From the NCBI RefSeq assembly GCF_006345805.1, contig NC_042999.1, forward strand, positions 163,680,001-163,744,000: a stretch of DNA of 64,000 nt, written 5' to 3'. This document shows positions 27,945 through 40,889 of this stretch, in pieces. This DNA comes from Octopus sinensis. Its lineage: Eukaryota. A program made the position numbers and the translations under genes. Numbering within the stretch: the stretch's first letter is position 1; each line of letters opens with the position of its first letter. Below the pieces are notes generated by a model that did no database searches, was not told the origin of the DNA, and saw only the letters and a list, made by a program, of their open reading frames with translations.

Positions 27945-28132
27945 AATATAGGTACAAGACCTGAAATTTTGTGGGTGGGAGCTTGTCGATTACAACGACC
28001 CCAATGACTAACTGGTACTTATTTCATTGACCTTGAAAGGATGAAAGGCAAAGTCGATCTCGGGGGCATATGTAACTCAGAACGTTAAGACGGATTAACG
28101 CTGCTAAGCATTTTGTCCTGCGTGCTAACCAT
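27945..28132 (-). mobile_element. SINE family A
   Basis: AAAGGATGAAAGGCAAAGTCG..AACTCAGAACGT motif. Confidence 0.82.
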
Positions 28133-28306
28133 TTGTATTTTTGACAGAGACTGTAGAGAGTCGGGCAAAATACATTTCGGTATTTAGCTTCTATTCTTCA
28201 ACTTCTCTAATTTTAACTACTGTGAAAGTAAACTGCGTCCGTCTATCTTCTGTGTTCGATACGATAAGTACCAGTAAAATATCGAGGTTGTTTTAACCGA
28301 TTAAAC

Positions 28307-28742
28307 CAGTGATTCTTAACGTAGAAGTCTGGGAAAATTATGGTGGGGCGTGGGGACCAATTTTTTACAGAAAACATACGACGCTTACGAGGGGGTGCTG
28401 AAAAGTTCCTGACTTTAAGGGTTTCGCGGGAGGTCTGGCTGGAGACCCAACCTTCCGAGTTCTTTTACAGAGTTTAGAAAAACTGAAGGACCACTGTAAT
28501 AAGTGTGTGACTCTGAGAGGAGAAATTGTTGAATAAAATCGTATTTTCTTTTACCCAAAGCTAGGGACTTTTCAGCAGCTCCTCGTATACTCAGCCTAAT
28601 CAAACCAATTCCTCCAATCAAGCAAGCTATTGTAATATGATAAAATAGTAAAAATAAAGTTGTTTTTTTTCCCCAATCACTGGTGGGGGATGCGTTTTTT
28701 TGGAAAGTGAGGCCTCGAGGGAAAATAAGTTGGGAAACACTG
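28307..28742. mobile_element. hAT (Charlie/Buster-like) MITE with 8-bp TSD, inserted in a degraded SINE A
   Basis: Termini CAGTGATTCTTAAC ... GTTGGGAAACACTG; perfect TSD GATTAAAC at 28299-28306 and 28743-28750. Confidence 0.85.
28388..28585. mobile_element. Mariner-derived MITE (198 bp), TA TSD
   Basis: TA-CGAGGGGGTGCTGAAAAGTTCCT ... AGGGACTTTTCAGCAGCTCCTCG-TA. Confidence 0.88.
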
Positions 28743-29232
28743 GATTAAACCCATTCTTTATTTATCGATGATCTTGTGTTAATGTTAGAAATAATGAAGC
28801 AGAGACCAGAGGCTGCTCCATTATAAACAGCTATTAAGTTGAGAGATTATTCAACATGTAGTCTAAGCAGGTACAAAAGAAGGCAGTTAAGATAGAATAA
28901 CTGAATATTCGAGTTCAGTTATTCGGTCATCTACTGTTTTTGTCTGTTCATTGCTGCTTATTTTTCTTTTTTGTAATCACCTTTATCTTCTGCCATTTGT
29001 ATTTTTTTAAATCTTTAAATGACAAAAGAACTTCGAACAAACTAATCGTCTGGCTGTATAATGCACATGTATGCTGCGATCGACACTTAAGAAGAGACGC
29101 CATTTATTTTCGTATTAGGAGATTTTTATTTCTTCCGCGTCGTATTGAATTATATATATATATTTTTCTGTTAGAACTTTACTTCGTTTATAGGTAGGTA
29201 CTGGAGACGATAAAACGAAAAGTATGAGAAAG

Positions 29233-29305
<73 letters not shown>

Positions 29306-29427
29306 GCATAGACACACACACGCACACACGCATGCATAGACACGTACATTTATACACGCAACCGCATGCATACAAGTGTAAATGTGTCAGTGTGCATGTG
29401 TATATGCAGTTAATGTCTATGTGCATT

Positions 29428-29575
29428 TGCATTCTGTGTTCAAATTCTGCCGAGGTCGACTTTGTCTTTCATCCTTTCAGGGTCGATAAATTAAGTACCA
29501 GTTGCCTACTGGGATCGATCTAATCGTCTGCCCCCACCCAAATTTCGGGCCTTGTGCCTAGAGCAGAAAAGAATA
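29428..29575 (+). mobile_element. SINE family A, 5'-truncated
   Basis: GTTCAAATTCTGCCGAGGTCGACTTTGTCTTTCATCC...GGCCTTGTGCCTAG. Confidence 0.85.
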
Positions 29576-30019
29576 TCTACGTGCATTCATTACATATCCA
29601 TACTATTTTGTATATGTATATGTCTATGTGTCTATCTATTTCTCGCATCGGATGAGGCCATAGCGTTACTTCGTTCTGACTTTCTCATTGTGTTTTCTTG
29701 GCAGAAATATTGTGGTTTGCCACATCTGGGTTGTCGTTGCCCACAAGGAACTCATCCGTCTTCATTTTAGTCCTGCTGGTTGTCCAGACATCATTCTCAC
29801 AAGAGTAGCAAGCTATTCAAGCTGGGGATCCGGTTTGATCACCGATCATCCGACTATGAAACAGGTAGTTCTGGTTTATATGCTACCAGTAGCAGTTCTC
29901 ATCAGCCTTTGATGAGATCCCTGACTTGATTATGATAGTCTTTAGTAGTGCTTCTGAAACTTTTTTCTAACTTATCGCAGCTTTTTTTTCACTAACACTT
30001 TTAGAAACTCTTGCAACGA

Positions 30020-30702
30020 TTCAAAATCTTTAGAATGCTGGGAAAAATGCGTAGCGGCATTTCGCCCGTCTTCACGTTCTAATTCCAAATTTCGTCGAGG
30101 CCAACTTTGTCTGTTATCCTTTCGGAGTCAATAAAATAAGCACTGGGATCGATGCAATCGACTTACTCTGCCTCGAAATTGCTGGCCTTGTGCCAAAATT
30201 TGAAATTAGTATAACATGGAATGTTATATCATTTTGACCACTAGTTTTAAAAGACCATTTTCAAGTCAGCAAGCAGGCAGAATCGATAGCACGCCAGTCA
30301 AAATACTTAGCGGCATTTCGTCCGACAGCACATTCTGAGTTCAAATTCCGCTGCGGCCAGCTTTGCCTTTCATCCTTTCGGGGTCGATCAAATAAGTACC
30401 AGTTAAGCACTGGGTTGTTGTAATCAACTTAGCTCCTCCTCCGGAATTGCTGGCCTTGTGACACATTTGAAACTAATATTAACAGATGCCTTTAAAGGCA
30501 GCAAACTGACAGAATCGTTAGCTTACCGGATAAAACGCTTAGCGGCACTTATTCCGGCTTTACATTCCGAGTCAAAGTTCTCTTTCGTCTTTTCCAGATC
30601 AATAAAACAAGTAGCAGTCGAACCCTGGGATGGGGGTCGATATAAACGACCAGCTCTCTCCCCTAAAATTTCAGACTCTGTCTCTATAGTAGAAAGAATA
30701 TT
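30020..30702 (+). mobile_element. Three head-to-tail SINE family A copies
   Basis: Copies at about 30020-30210, 30270-30480 and 30496-30702. Confidence 0.82.
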
Positions 30703-32079
30703 ATAACAGGATTTTCACACAAATAAAAATTGAAAATATTTTCGAAAATTGGGGCAATCCATCGCCTCTACCACTCCCTTTGTCCTCTGTACCCTTATAA
30801 AATTCTGTACCGCTCCTAGGAACTGGCACCACCGTTTTGAGAAGTTGTGCTCTATAGGTACAGCGTGATATGTTACGTTATGGATGAAATGTACCCTGTA
30901 AACGTTCAGTTGGTTAGACTGTGTCTGTAATATACCCGAGTAAGCGCTTAGTCTTAAGACATACCCTCATTATACCCTCAGCAATATTAGACACACACAC
31001 AGATGTTAAAGACGAGTGAAGGATGGAATACTTTTGAGGTAGAAAGTAGATTGGAAGCAGGATAGGCATTTGTAAAAGGGAATGAAGGGGAAAATAGGAA
31101 TTATCAACAGTTTAGCAAATAAATCAATCTGAACGATTAGGTTTAGCATATTATTAATGGCGAAATGCATTTAATTATTTATAGAGTGTAAGCAATGAAT
31201 AGAGCGCATATTCAAAACTATTATGCTAACGAAATAATTTTGCTTGAAAAGACGGAAGAGAAAATTACTGTCGTTGACTTTTTTCAACTATTTTGCCTGA
31301 TCAGCGAATATTTTTCGGTGTTCAAGATCGTTTATACGCATAAGAGTGCACCAAATCTGAATGGCAGTTAAGAAGAGAGAAAATAGGAAGTAATATTTCA
31401 TAATATTTCATAATATTTAAAATTACAAGGCACACCTAATGTGTTGGGACGATTATAATGTTTACCTAAATATATAAACCTAATATCACTGTTCAAGTTT
31501 AAGAATCAACATTTCAGTTAATTGCGTACGAACTAAATCGATGGCGAAAAATGGAAAGATATTGTTTGTAACGTAATAGGAATTAATTCCATCTTAACGT
31601 GGATATGAAACTTGTATTCCTTTTAACCACAGCGAATGCAAAATCTATTTAAAAGTACATTTACAGTTAAATGGAGACTCATTCGGATGGATACAGTAAC
31701 CGGATGCAGTAGCAGACTGAAGATATGCTAAGTTTGATGTGGGTTGTTAACTTTAAAATTAAGTTTAGCAGAAGAGTTTATTATTAGAGTTTTATTAAAA
31801 ATATGATCACACTTATGGTGTTAGGGGAAATATTTTTGTAAAAAGTTGAAGATTTTAGTTGCAGGTGAAGGAACTCGTCGGTTAAACGGGGGAGAGATGT
31901 TACTTTGCCTTTTTCTCTGTTTATCTGGTTTTTGTGAAACGTTGGTTTCATCTTTGCAATCTGATTTTTCGAAGGATTTAATTGTAATACATTGTAAACT
32001 TGTTCAGATTCAATACATGTCAATATTACTCTATTTTTAGTATTGCATCTTTTGAGATCTGAATTTGTTTGTTTGTTTG

Positions 32080-32143
<64 letters not shown>

Positions 32144-32149
<6 letters not shown>

Positions 32150-32479
32150 TTATCAAAATAAAAACATGATGCAAAGGATTTAGCGGTACATATGTTTCGG
32201 GCCTTTATTAGACGGTTTATATCAATGCATAATTGATGTAAATTTGTGTCAATAGCCTTCTTCAGCTACGCGGAGGACTACGCAACTATGAGGATTTGCA
32301 TCCCCAACGTAAAACTTATAATGTAATACATGTCCTTGAAGTAGTAATTGTACGCGGCTGAAGAAGGCTATTGACACACATTTACATCAATTATGCATTG
32401 ATATAAACCGTCTAATAAAGGCCCGAAACATATGTACCGCTAAATCCTTTGCATCATGTTTTTATTTTGATAAATATAT
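32144..32479. repeat. 123-bp inverted repeat (1 mismatch) with 90-bp spacer; each arm carries hammerhead sequence
   Basis: 32144-32266 is the reverse complement of 32357-32479. Confidence 0.95.
32354..32440 (+). ncRNA. Type I hammerhead ribozyme motif with extended stem II
   Basis: GCGG-CTGAAGA-aGGCT[ATTGAC..TTTACATCAA/TTGATATAAA..GTCTAAT]GGCCc-GAAAC ATAT GTA-CCGC. Confidence 0.85.
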
Positions 32480-33219
32480 TCTATCACCTACAGCACTAAT
32501 TGGCATATACAGGTGCTTACAATTATCAAGTATTCACCCTGAATTATATATATATATATATATATACAGACACGGGTGTGTATGGTTGTGTATAGAAGAA
32601 TACATTACTCAAAGAAATTCCAACAGTCTGATTTTCACGTTTTATTTACAATCTTATAATAATATAATATAAGATAATATAATATAATGAAATGACTGAA
32701 TATTAAATATCCATTCTAATTGAACTAGTAATTTCATGCAATGAATTATGCAATCCTCAGGTTTATGTAGTGGTGGTCACAGTTATGTTTTTTTAATTTA
32801 CAACTGTGGCGAGATGGCTAAACTGTGTGCCTTAAATACATTTGTTTAGGCTTCAGAATGTTGAATTTTCCAAACTGTATTCTTACCAATCAGTGTGTGG
32901 CTTTATTAAATTGCATAAGTTGATTGGTGTTTGGTTTAAGCGCCAGGTCTGTTGAACATATCAAGTGACCTGTATTCTGACCCTGGCCAAAGCAGTAATT
33001 GTTTGGTTATTTTTAGAAATGTTGTAAACAACATTTCCCAGGGTTTTTTACATTTCAATTATCCTCATCACCATTATCATCACCTTTATTATTTTTCTCG
33101 TTGTCGTCGTTGTTGTTGTTGTTGTTGGTGGTAGGTGTAGTTGAGGTAATAGAACTTTAAACTCAAAATAAGATTATTTTTACTGACTTTTCTCTTGACT
33201 TAGCTAGTATTTTCCACTA

Positions 33220-33425
33220 TGGTTGAGGACTGCTGTGTAAAGAAGTGCCGATCTTTAAGTGTGGAGGGAACTTGTGGAAGAGGCAGACCCAGGAAGACAT
33301 AGGACAAGGTGGTGAAGCATGATCTTTAAATGTTGGACTTCATGGAGGCAATGACCAGTATCCAAGACCTTTGGCGATGTGCCATGCTTGAGGAGACGCG
33401 TCAAGCCAAGTGAAACGGGAGTCGT
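33220..33425 (+). mobile_element. RTE 3' fragment (same family as 13265-13900)
   Basis: EDCCVKKCRSLSVEGTCGRGRPRKT. Confidence 0.8.
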
Positions 33426-34779
33426 AGCCACCCCTATCATTACTCGCCCATCAACGGTGTTTAATCTTTCTTTATTACATTTAATGCTTTTGTCTCTCCT
33501 CAGCCTCAAATAATTAACAAAAAATACTCGCAGCTAATAAGGATAAGTAATTAATATTACCGTAAGCAGAAGTTTGAAAAAAAAACTTTCAATCTTTCCA
33601 TAATATTTATAAATTTCATACAATGTAATGATAAACAGTGGGAGATGACCAAGTTCGCGAAACAATCTAAGGATTCACACAACAAACTACCTTCTTCTGA
33701 TTTAGAAATATTAACGTATATATTTTATTTGTAAATCAGTTACACAGAATTTAACGATCCCTGAATTAGCAGCAATCGTTTCCAACAATCGATTCGAAAC
33801 CGTACTGCAAGCTTTTCAAATAACCTAATAACTCATCGCAGTTCCGTTTATTGCACAGTGCTGCGATAATTTGTATTGCACGATTAAGTAAGAAGCACCT
33901 TTTGATAAGAAGAAAAAAAATACAAATTCCTCCGGCCTTTCTCGCAGCAAGAAATTATTTTCAACGAGAATCAATAAGTGTGAATCAGTCTGTTTAACCT
34001 ACTCCAACAGCACTCGACCTAATCTTGTCATCAGTGCTGTCTCCATTTTTACACAGATCTTATCTGTATTTACTACAACTATATATTGCTGATCTGATAT
34101 TACTTAAAATATTTCTTCCTGTTAACTACGTCTGTTTAGGCAACTACACGCATGTACTTGCATTGTACACTGTAATTTCTCGTTGATTTACTATTTTATT
34201 ATAGAAGAATAAACATGATTTGACGTCAGTTTCCATCATGTGATATCGTGTTGAGAAAATGTGTAACTATCTAAGCGAGTCAAAATGCAAGATTGTCTCG
34301 CACTGAATTCATCTGAATGTATCTTCAGGCGTCGGAAGTCATGGGCATTTGTCTATTCATTGTTCGTTTGTCTATTCATTCGTTTATTGGGAATCAGTCA
34401 ACAGATCACCTAGGTACGTAATTTCAGTAACAATGTTGCAAGGCGGGTCTCAACGGTACTGAGAACATTGCTGATGAATCTGATTTCGTTAGAGAGACAT
34501 AATACAAGCAACAACATTGCCGAAAAATCAGTATTACTACTTATTTTGTATGCCTGTATAACACGTAACTTATTGGTTTGAGACACAGAGATCCATAAAA
34601 TAAGTAAGAGACTGAAATATGCATAAAAATCGGTTTTTGTCGACTCTAAACTTCAAGGACCCTAATAAGTAGCTAACTTCAGCCTGTCCCTTGTGCATGC
34701 ACACACGCTTGATACTTGACACCTCAACGTAGTTGATGTGAACTTGCAACGAGACAATTTGTATTTTGTGTGCTTGGGA

Positions 34780-35818
34780 TTATCTGAAAATGCAGAATCA
34801 AGACAAATATTATTGACACCTCATGTTTTTTTTTTTAATTTCAAAATAGAAAAGAAAGAGGCGGAAGCCTTCAAGGAGGTCTGTGGTGTGTATAGAGAGT
34901 GTGCTTTTACGGAACGTGGGTGCCACAATTTTCAAGATTTCGATCAAGACATTTTTTGACCGGCCAACTGAGATTAACCGCGTTATGTGACCAGGACAAT
35001 CGTAGATATTCTCCAAATATTCAAACTGATTGTTAAAAACCATCTGAATCAACTTGGTTACGTCAGCAGGCTCGATATTTTGGGTCCCACATTTATTGAA
35101 TGAGGCTAACCTTGTCCAACAGATTTCCATCTGCGATTCGTTGCAGAAATGCGTAGAAAATGATCCGTTTTTGAAGAGAATATTGACAGAGGACGAAAAA
35201 TGGATTGTCCATAACAATATGAAACGCAAACAACTACAGGAGAAGTGTGTCGAACCACCACAAACAAGCTCCAAAGCAGAACTTCATCCGAAGGCTATGT
35301 TTTCAGTTTGGTGGGATTGGAAAGGTGTTCCAAGGACAGGATCATCAATTCAGATGTGTGCTGTGACCAGCTGCATAAATTAAACACAGCAATCCACCGG
35401 AAGCGGCCATTACGTGCTAATCGTGAGGACATTGTCTTTCATCATGACAATGTCAGACAATATACTTCTTTGCAGATGCAACGGAAGTTACTGGAGCTTG
35501 GCTAGGAAGTTTTGCCGCACACTCCATATTCACCCGACCTTGCACCTTTAGATTTCCACCCGTTTCGTTCTCTTCGAAATTCATTGAATGAATCGACCTT
35601 CAATTCTGAAGAAGATGTAAAAATTCACCTGAAAGAGTTTTTCGCTCGTAAAGCCAAGAAATTCTTTGAGCAAGGTGTCATGGATCTGCTCACAAAATGG
35701 CAGAAGATACTGGAAAGAAACGATAATTATATCATCGATCGATTAAATCACTTTGTATTTAAAACCTGTGTTTTATTTTCGCTTAAAAAATCGAGCGAAA
35801 TTTTTGGCCAACCCAACA
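34780..35818 (+). pseudogene. Degraded mariner (DD34D) transposon/transposase
   Basis: WVPHLL, ILTEDEKWIVHNN, VWWDWKG, FHHDNVRQY, PHTPYSPDLAPLDFHPF. Right TIR-like ..TTTTTGGCCAACCCAA. Confidence 0.9.
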
Positions 35819-35904
35819 AGTAGATAGTTATGTAAATGAAAATATATTTAATAAAACATTAGAGGCTAATGTTATCTAGACATGTGGAGATAATAAAAAT
35901 AATA

Positions 35905-36668
35905 TTTGCCACTATAAGTACAAGGGACTGAAACTTTAGGTGAAGGGGCAGTAAATTACACCGATTCCACAGCTCACTGGTCCTTATTTTATCGAACTCC
36001 GAGAGGATGAAACGCAAAGTCGACCCCGGTGGCATTTGAACACAGAACGTAAAGACAGAAGAAATCCCACTAAGCATTTTGTCCGGCGCCCGGCAACGAT
36101 TCGGACAGCTCACCACCTTAATAGTAATAATAATACTTTCTACTATAGGTACAAGGCCTGAAATTTGGGAGCGGGGGCTAGTCATAACATCGACCCCAAT
36201 ACTCAACTGGTACTTATTTCATCGAACCCGAAAGGATGACAGGCAAAATAGACCTCGGCGGAATTTGAACTCAGAACGTAACGCATTTTGTCCGGCGTGC
36301 TAATGATACTTCTAAGCTTGCTGCCTTGTTAATAGTAATAATAATGATTATATCGACCCCCCCCCCAGTGCTCAACTGGTACTTATTTTATCGGCCCCGA
36401 AAGGGATGAAAGGTAAAGTCGACTTCAGCGGAATTTGAATTCAGAACGTAAAGACAGACGAAATGCCGCTAAGCATTCTGCCTAACGTGCTAACGAATCT
36501 GCCACCTCACCGCCTTAATAGTAATAATAATGGTTGCAAACTTTGGCACAAGGCCAGAAATTTTGGGGAAGGGGATAAATCGATTACATCGACCTCAATG
36601 TTCAACTGGTGTATATTTTATTGGCTCCAAGAGAAACGTAAAGTGGACCCCGGCGGCATTTGAACTCG
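35905..36668 (-). mobile_element. Four tandem SINE family A copies separated by (TAA)-type tails
   Basis: Copies at about 35905-36119, 36136-36327, 36350-36515 and 36533-36668. Confidence 0.88.
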
Positions 36669-36753
36669 ACTAAACAGTAATAATATTTGTTAATGGCTAA
36701 TGCTATTTTCATCGAGAAGTATGGAAGATGACCCCGGCAAAGTTTCCCTTTAA

Positions 36754-38568
36754 CCCCTTAATGGATTATCCCGAGTTTACTCGTGCATCGCAAATGTATC
36801 TTTTTAGAACCAGGCGAGTATACTCGGTCAAAATTAACTTTTAATTGTAGCACTCAAACGAGTTTATTTGCTTTGTGTCGTTTCATTTTTGAGCAATCAG
36901 AATCTACTCGTGTTGTCGTATGCCTGGCAGCACATATTCTGGCACCATTTCAAAAAATTTATGCTTCTGAATTTTGAACTTTTACTTCAGTCCATACTCA
37001 GGCTCAGGAAGAGGTTGATGTCATTTTAGAACCGTTTCGTTTTGATTCTCTATTCTTCAAACAAATAAGAGAATTACTTACGCATTTTTTTTCTCAAAAT
37101 GAAGATTTAGTTATATTTAGCGATCACAAAAGCAATTTTTCATTTCACGATCTGGAAAGCCCCAGGGATGAATTAGACACGTGTAGTTCGAACTCTGATA
37201 ATTTTTCAGAAGATGACAAAGAAGATAATCAGATAGATGCACGTGCATGGCACGAAATCAATCGCTTGTCCGATTCTCCTCTTCCACCTCCACCACCTCC
37301 ATTTCCTTTCACTGGTAAAACCAGGCATAAATTTGGAACAAGATCCTAGTTCTACGACTCCTTTAGATTTTTTCCAACTCCATTTTGATGAGTCACTTTT
37401 TGATTTTATATGCAAAGAAACGAACAGAATGGCTGAAAGTAAAGCATCAAATTGGGAGCTTGTTACTCCACCTGAAATGATGATGCTTCTTGGTGTGAAA
37501 ATGTTGATGGATATTGTCAAGAAACCAGAGGAGGAAATGTATTGGGGCAAAGATCCTTTGCTTGAAACTCCAATATTTGCAAATACAATGTCATACCGAC
37601 GTTACAAGAAGATTCGAGAATACTTTCATTTTACGAACAATGATTCGTTTGATCGAGAAACTCATCCAAACCCAAAACTTTGCAAGATTTACGAAATTTA
37701 CCAAGCCCTAGAAGAGAAGTTTCAAAAATTTTACAACCTTGGAAAAAATGTAACAATCGACGAATCTCTCATGCTTTATAAAGGAAGAATTGCCTGGTTT
37801 TAGTTTATTCCAATCAAACGTTCACGATTTAGAATAAAATATTTCATGCTCTGTGAACCTAGTTGATCAGCATCTCGTCAATTATCCCACCACAAGGAAA
37901 CGTTGGGAAAAATATTTTTTCATTTGATGGATTTGGCTATCTGGAATGCTTATGTTTTGTATAAAGCATCTTTGGAAACAGCTTCTGCTATGAAACCGAT
38001 GAATGCAAATAATCACAAAGATTATTGAAAGATATAGACCCTTATTGCCTCCCACGAAACCAGGAAGACCATCATCGATCTCACATCCAACAAGATTTGC
38101 CCCAGCTGGTCACTTTCCCATGGAAATACCACCAAGTGATAAGAAAAAGAACCCTACAAGACAGTGTGCAAAATGCGCAGAGAAGAGAGAAGCTAAAGGA
38201 AAGAAGATTCGAAGAGAAAGCAGATACATGTGTGATGTCTGCAAGATAACTTTGTGTGTAACTCCTTGTTTTAAAAATTATCATTCTGAATAAACTATCT
38301 CATTAAAAAAAAATTCCTTTGATTTAAAAGCAATACATCTTATAAAAAATGGAAGATAGTTAAGTTATATGTATTTTTTCAATGTCCGAGTTAACTCGTT
38401 TAAATCCAAATGAGTAAAAGTGCATTTTAATTTCTATAATAGAAAATAAAGGAAACAAGATAAAAAGCTTGTTTTGGTAATTAATATAGTGTTTATAATT
38501 AAAAAAGGAAATATAAAAATATGCTCTGAAATGAAACGCCATGTCAAAATAATTGGTCCATTAAGGGG
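36754..38568 (+). mobile_element. piggyBac (PGBD4-like) transposon, internally deleted
   Basis: TTAA-CCCCTTAATGGA ... TCCATTAAGGGG-TTAA (perfect 12-bp TIRs, TTAA TSD); subterminal CGAGTnnACTCG palindromes. Confidence 0.93.
37237..38293 (+). pseudogene. piggyBac transposase remnant with C-terminal cysteine-rich domain
   Basis: TMSYRRYKKIREYFHF, VTIDESLMLYKGR..*FIPIKRSRF.IKYFMLCE | VDQHLVNY..IFFHLMDLAIWNAYVLY, RQCAKC...SRYMCDVCKITLCVTPCFKNYH. Confidence 0.9.
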
Positions 38569-39785
38569 TTAAATGAATGTATGAATAATATTCTTCAGGA
38601 ACTAATATTTTTCTTTACTGGATGCTTGAAATTTTTTAGCGTTTTATGTTTTAATCATGAAATGTTTCCTACTTACACAATTGTTGCTGCGTTAGAATAA
38701 CAAACAGTTGGTCAAGTATAACTATTTACTATTTCGAACAGATAGCTTTATTTCTATTGAAATCTCAGAATTGCATACTCCGATTAACCATTTACATTTT
38801 CATCTGTCGGAGACAGCATCACTACAATGTATAAAAAGTTAGATAATCGCTTTAAGTTTCCAAAAGTGTGAGAGAAATAAGAAAGGGTATACGGTATATA
38901 CCTCAAAATTTATCTTATTTAACTAGTTTTATTAACTGTTTTGTTTTTATCTATGCAAGTCAATGCTACTTTCTTTGGACTTTTTGTTTGCAAAATATAC
39001 TGTAGTATTGTACTCTCTAAGAAACATTTCATAATAAATCCCCACACCATTTCAGCCAGCTGTCGTGCTGTTTCATTTAACTCCACCCCCATCTATTGTT
39101 CTACTTCACATCCCTATTGTACCGACTCTTTACGAGCTGATAACACTATTTCTTAACCAACTGTACCATTTCATACAATTCTCTGTTCTCTAGATAGACA
39201 ATGTCATGGCCTGTGTTATTTCTCTTATCTTCTTTACAGACTTTCTATTTTTAGAATACACGTTAACTGTTTTTAGATTTATCGGCTGCATTTCAACTTT
39301 ATTGGATAAATCTTAGAAAATGGTGGATGAACGTACATATACATAAAACTGTGTACATCTCTACATCGCTACTAAGCATAAAAATACAAGTAAAAAAATA
39401 TATTACAAGAATACGCATATAACTCTGACTGACATAAAAGAATCATGTATTATTGTGGAGTCATGTAACCTTGATGATGTGAATATCTAGTTAAGTTCGC
39501 AGATAAAGGAAATATATATAACATAGATAAAATGATATCGTTCTTAGAGTTATTGTGCTCTGACTGCAAATTCTCATTCATAGCTATTTTCATAGGTATA
39601 TTGGGATATGTTAAAAAGGTTTATGGAGTAACCTGGAAATACTGAACTTTCCATAAAAGAACTGAACGTAATCGATTTACAAATTCCAGATTCAATCAAT
39701 GAGTGATAGTGGGGATTTGGGAAACAGAGAAAGAATTCGCAGAGTCTACTTGAAGAACTTATACACATACCATTGCAAATATGTG

Positions 39786-39843
39786 CATACATACATACAT
39801 ACATACGTAAATACATACATACATACATACATACATACATACA

Positions 39844-39877
<34 letters not shown>

Positions 39878-39895
39878 CATACATGCATGCATGCA

Positions 39896-39927
<32 letters not shown>

Positions 39928-40397
39928 CATACATGCATGCATACATACATACATACATACATACATACATACATGCATACATGCATACATGCATACATAC
40001 ATACATACATACATACATACATACATACATACATACATACATGCATACATACATACATACATACATACATACATACATACATACATACATACATGCATGC
40101 ATGCATACATACATGCATGCATGCATACATACATACATACATACATACATACATACAAACATACATACATACATACATACATATATACATACATGCATGC
40201 ATGCATACATACATACATACATACATACATACATACATGCATGCATGCATACATACATACATACATACATACATACATACATACATACATACATACATAC
40301 ATGCATACATGCATACATACATACATACATACATACATACATACGTACATACATACATACATACATACATACATACATACATACGTACGTACATACA
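39786..40397. repeat. (CATA)n/(CATG)n tetranucleotide array, about 610 bp
   Basis: Direct observation. Confidence 0.95.
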
Positions 40398-40843
40398 ATA
40401 ATGTGTGCGTGTAGTATTCATACATTAACGCAAAGCACATACTCAAAGTCGTATGCTAAATAAATGTGTACCCCCACGAGTGCGATTATATTTGCACATA
40501 CAATTCACATATTCACAAATCCCTGGAACTGTTTGCTTTGTCATTTTGTTAGTGACTGATTTAAAATCTGTAAATAAGAACTCAAATAAATATCAAAGAC
40601 AAAATACATACATATACAGTATGCATGCTTTATGTATATATATAAGTATATATATAATAATAAATATTAGGGAATAAATCCAAATTTACAGGGAAAAATC
40701 AGATTTAGGATTGAATCCAATTTTATAGTAAAATATTATATAAAATTAATTAGAGACAAAACCACTATTTTGCAAATCAAACAAAGAAAGACTTAATCCA
40801 ATACATAAAAAAATTTAATATAAAGTAAATAAAATTTAAATCG

Positions 40844-40889
40844 CCACTACAATTGTTTCATGTCTCTTCAAAGGACATTCATCAGGTGG
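40844..40889 (-). ncRNA. Canonical minimal type I hammerhead ribozyme motif
   Basis: Minus strand: CCAC-CTGATGA-ATGTC ctttgaaga GACAT-GAAAC AATT GTA-GTGG. All stems paired and core intact. Confidence 0.9.

Noticed and set aside
29640-29930. RTE 5'UTR-like motif on the minus strand (GGCAAACCAC..TGCCAAGAAAA) and nearby CTGATGA
   Set aside because: Similarity too short to assign; no GAAA box follows CTGATGA.
35905-36668. Repeat-spacer periodicity reminiscent of a CRISPR array
   Set aside because: Units are ~200-bp diverged SINEs in eukaryotic DNA; no short identical repeats and no cas genes.
39590-39780. Possible exon after TTTTCATAG acceptor
   Set aside because: Stops in all three forward frames and no recognisable homology.
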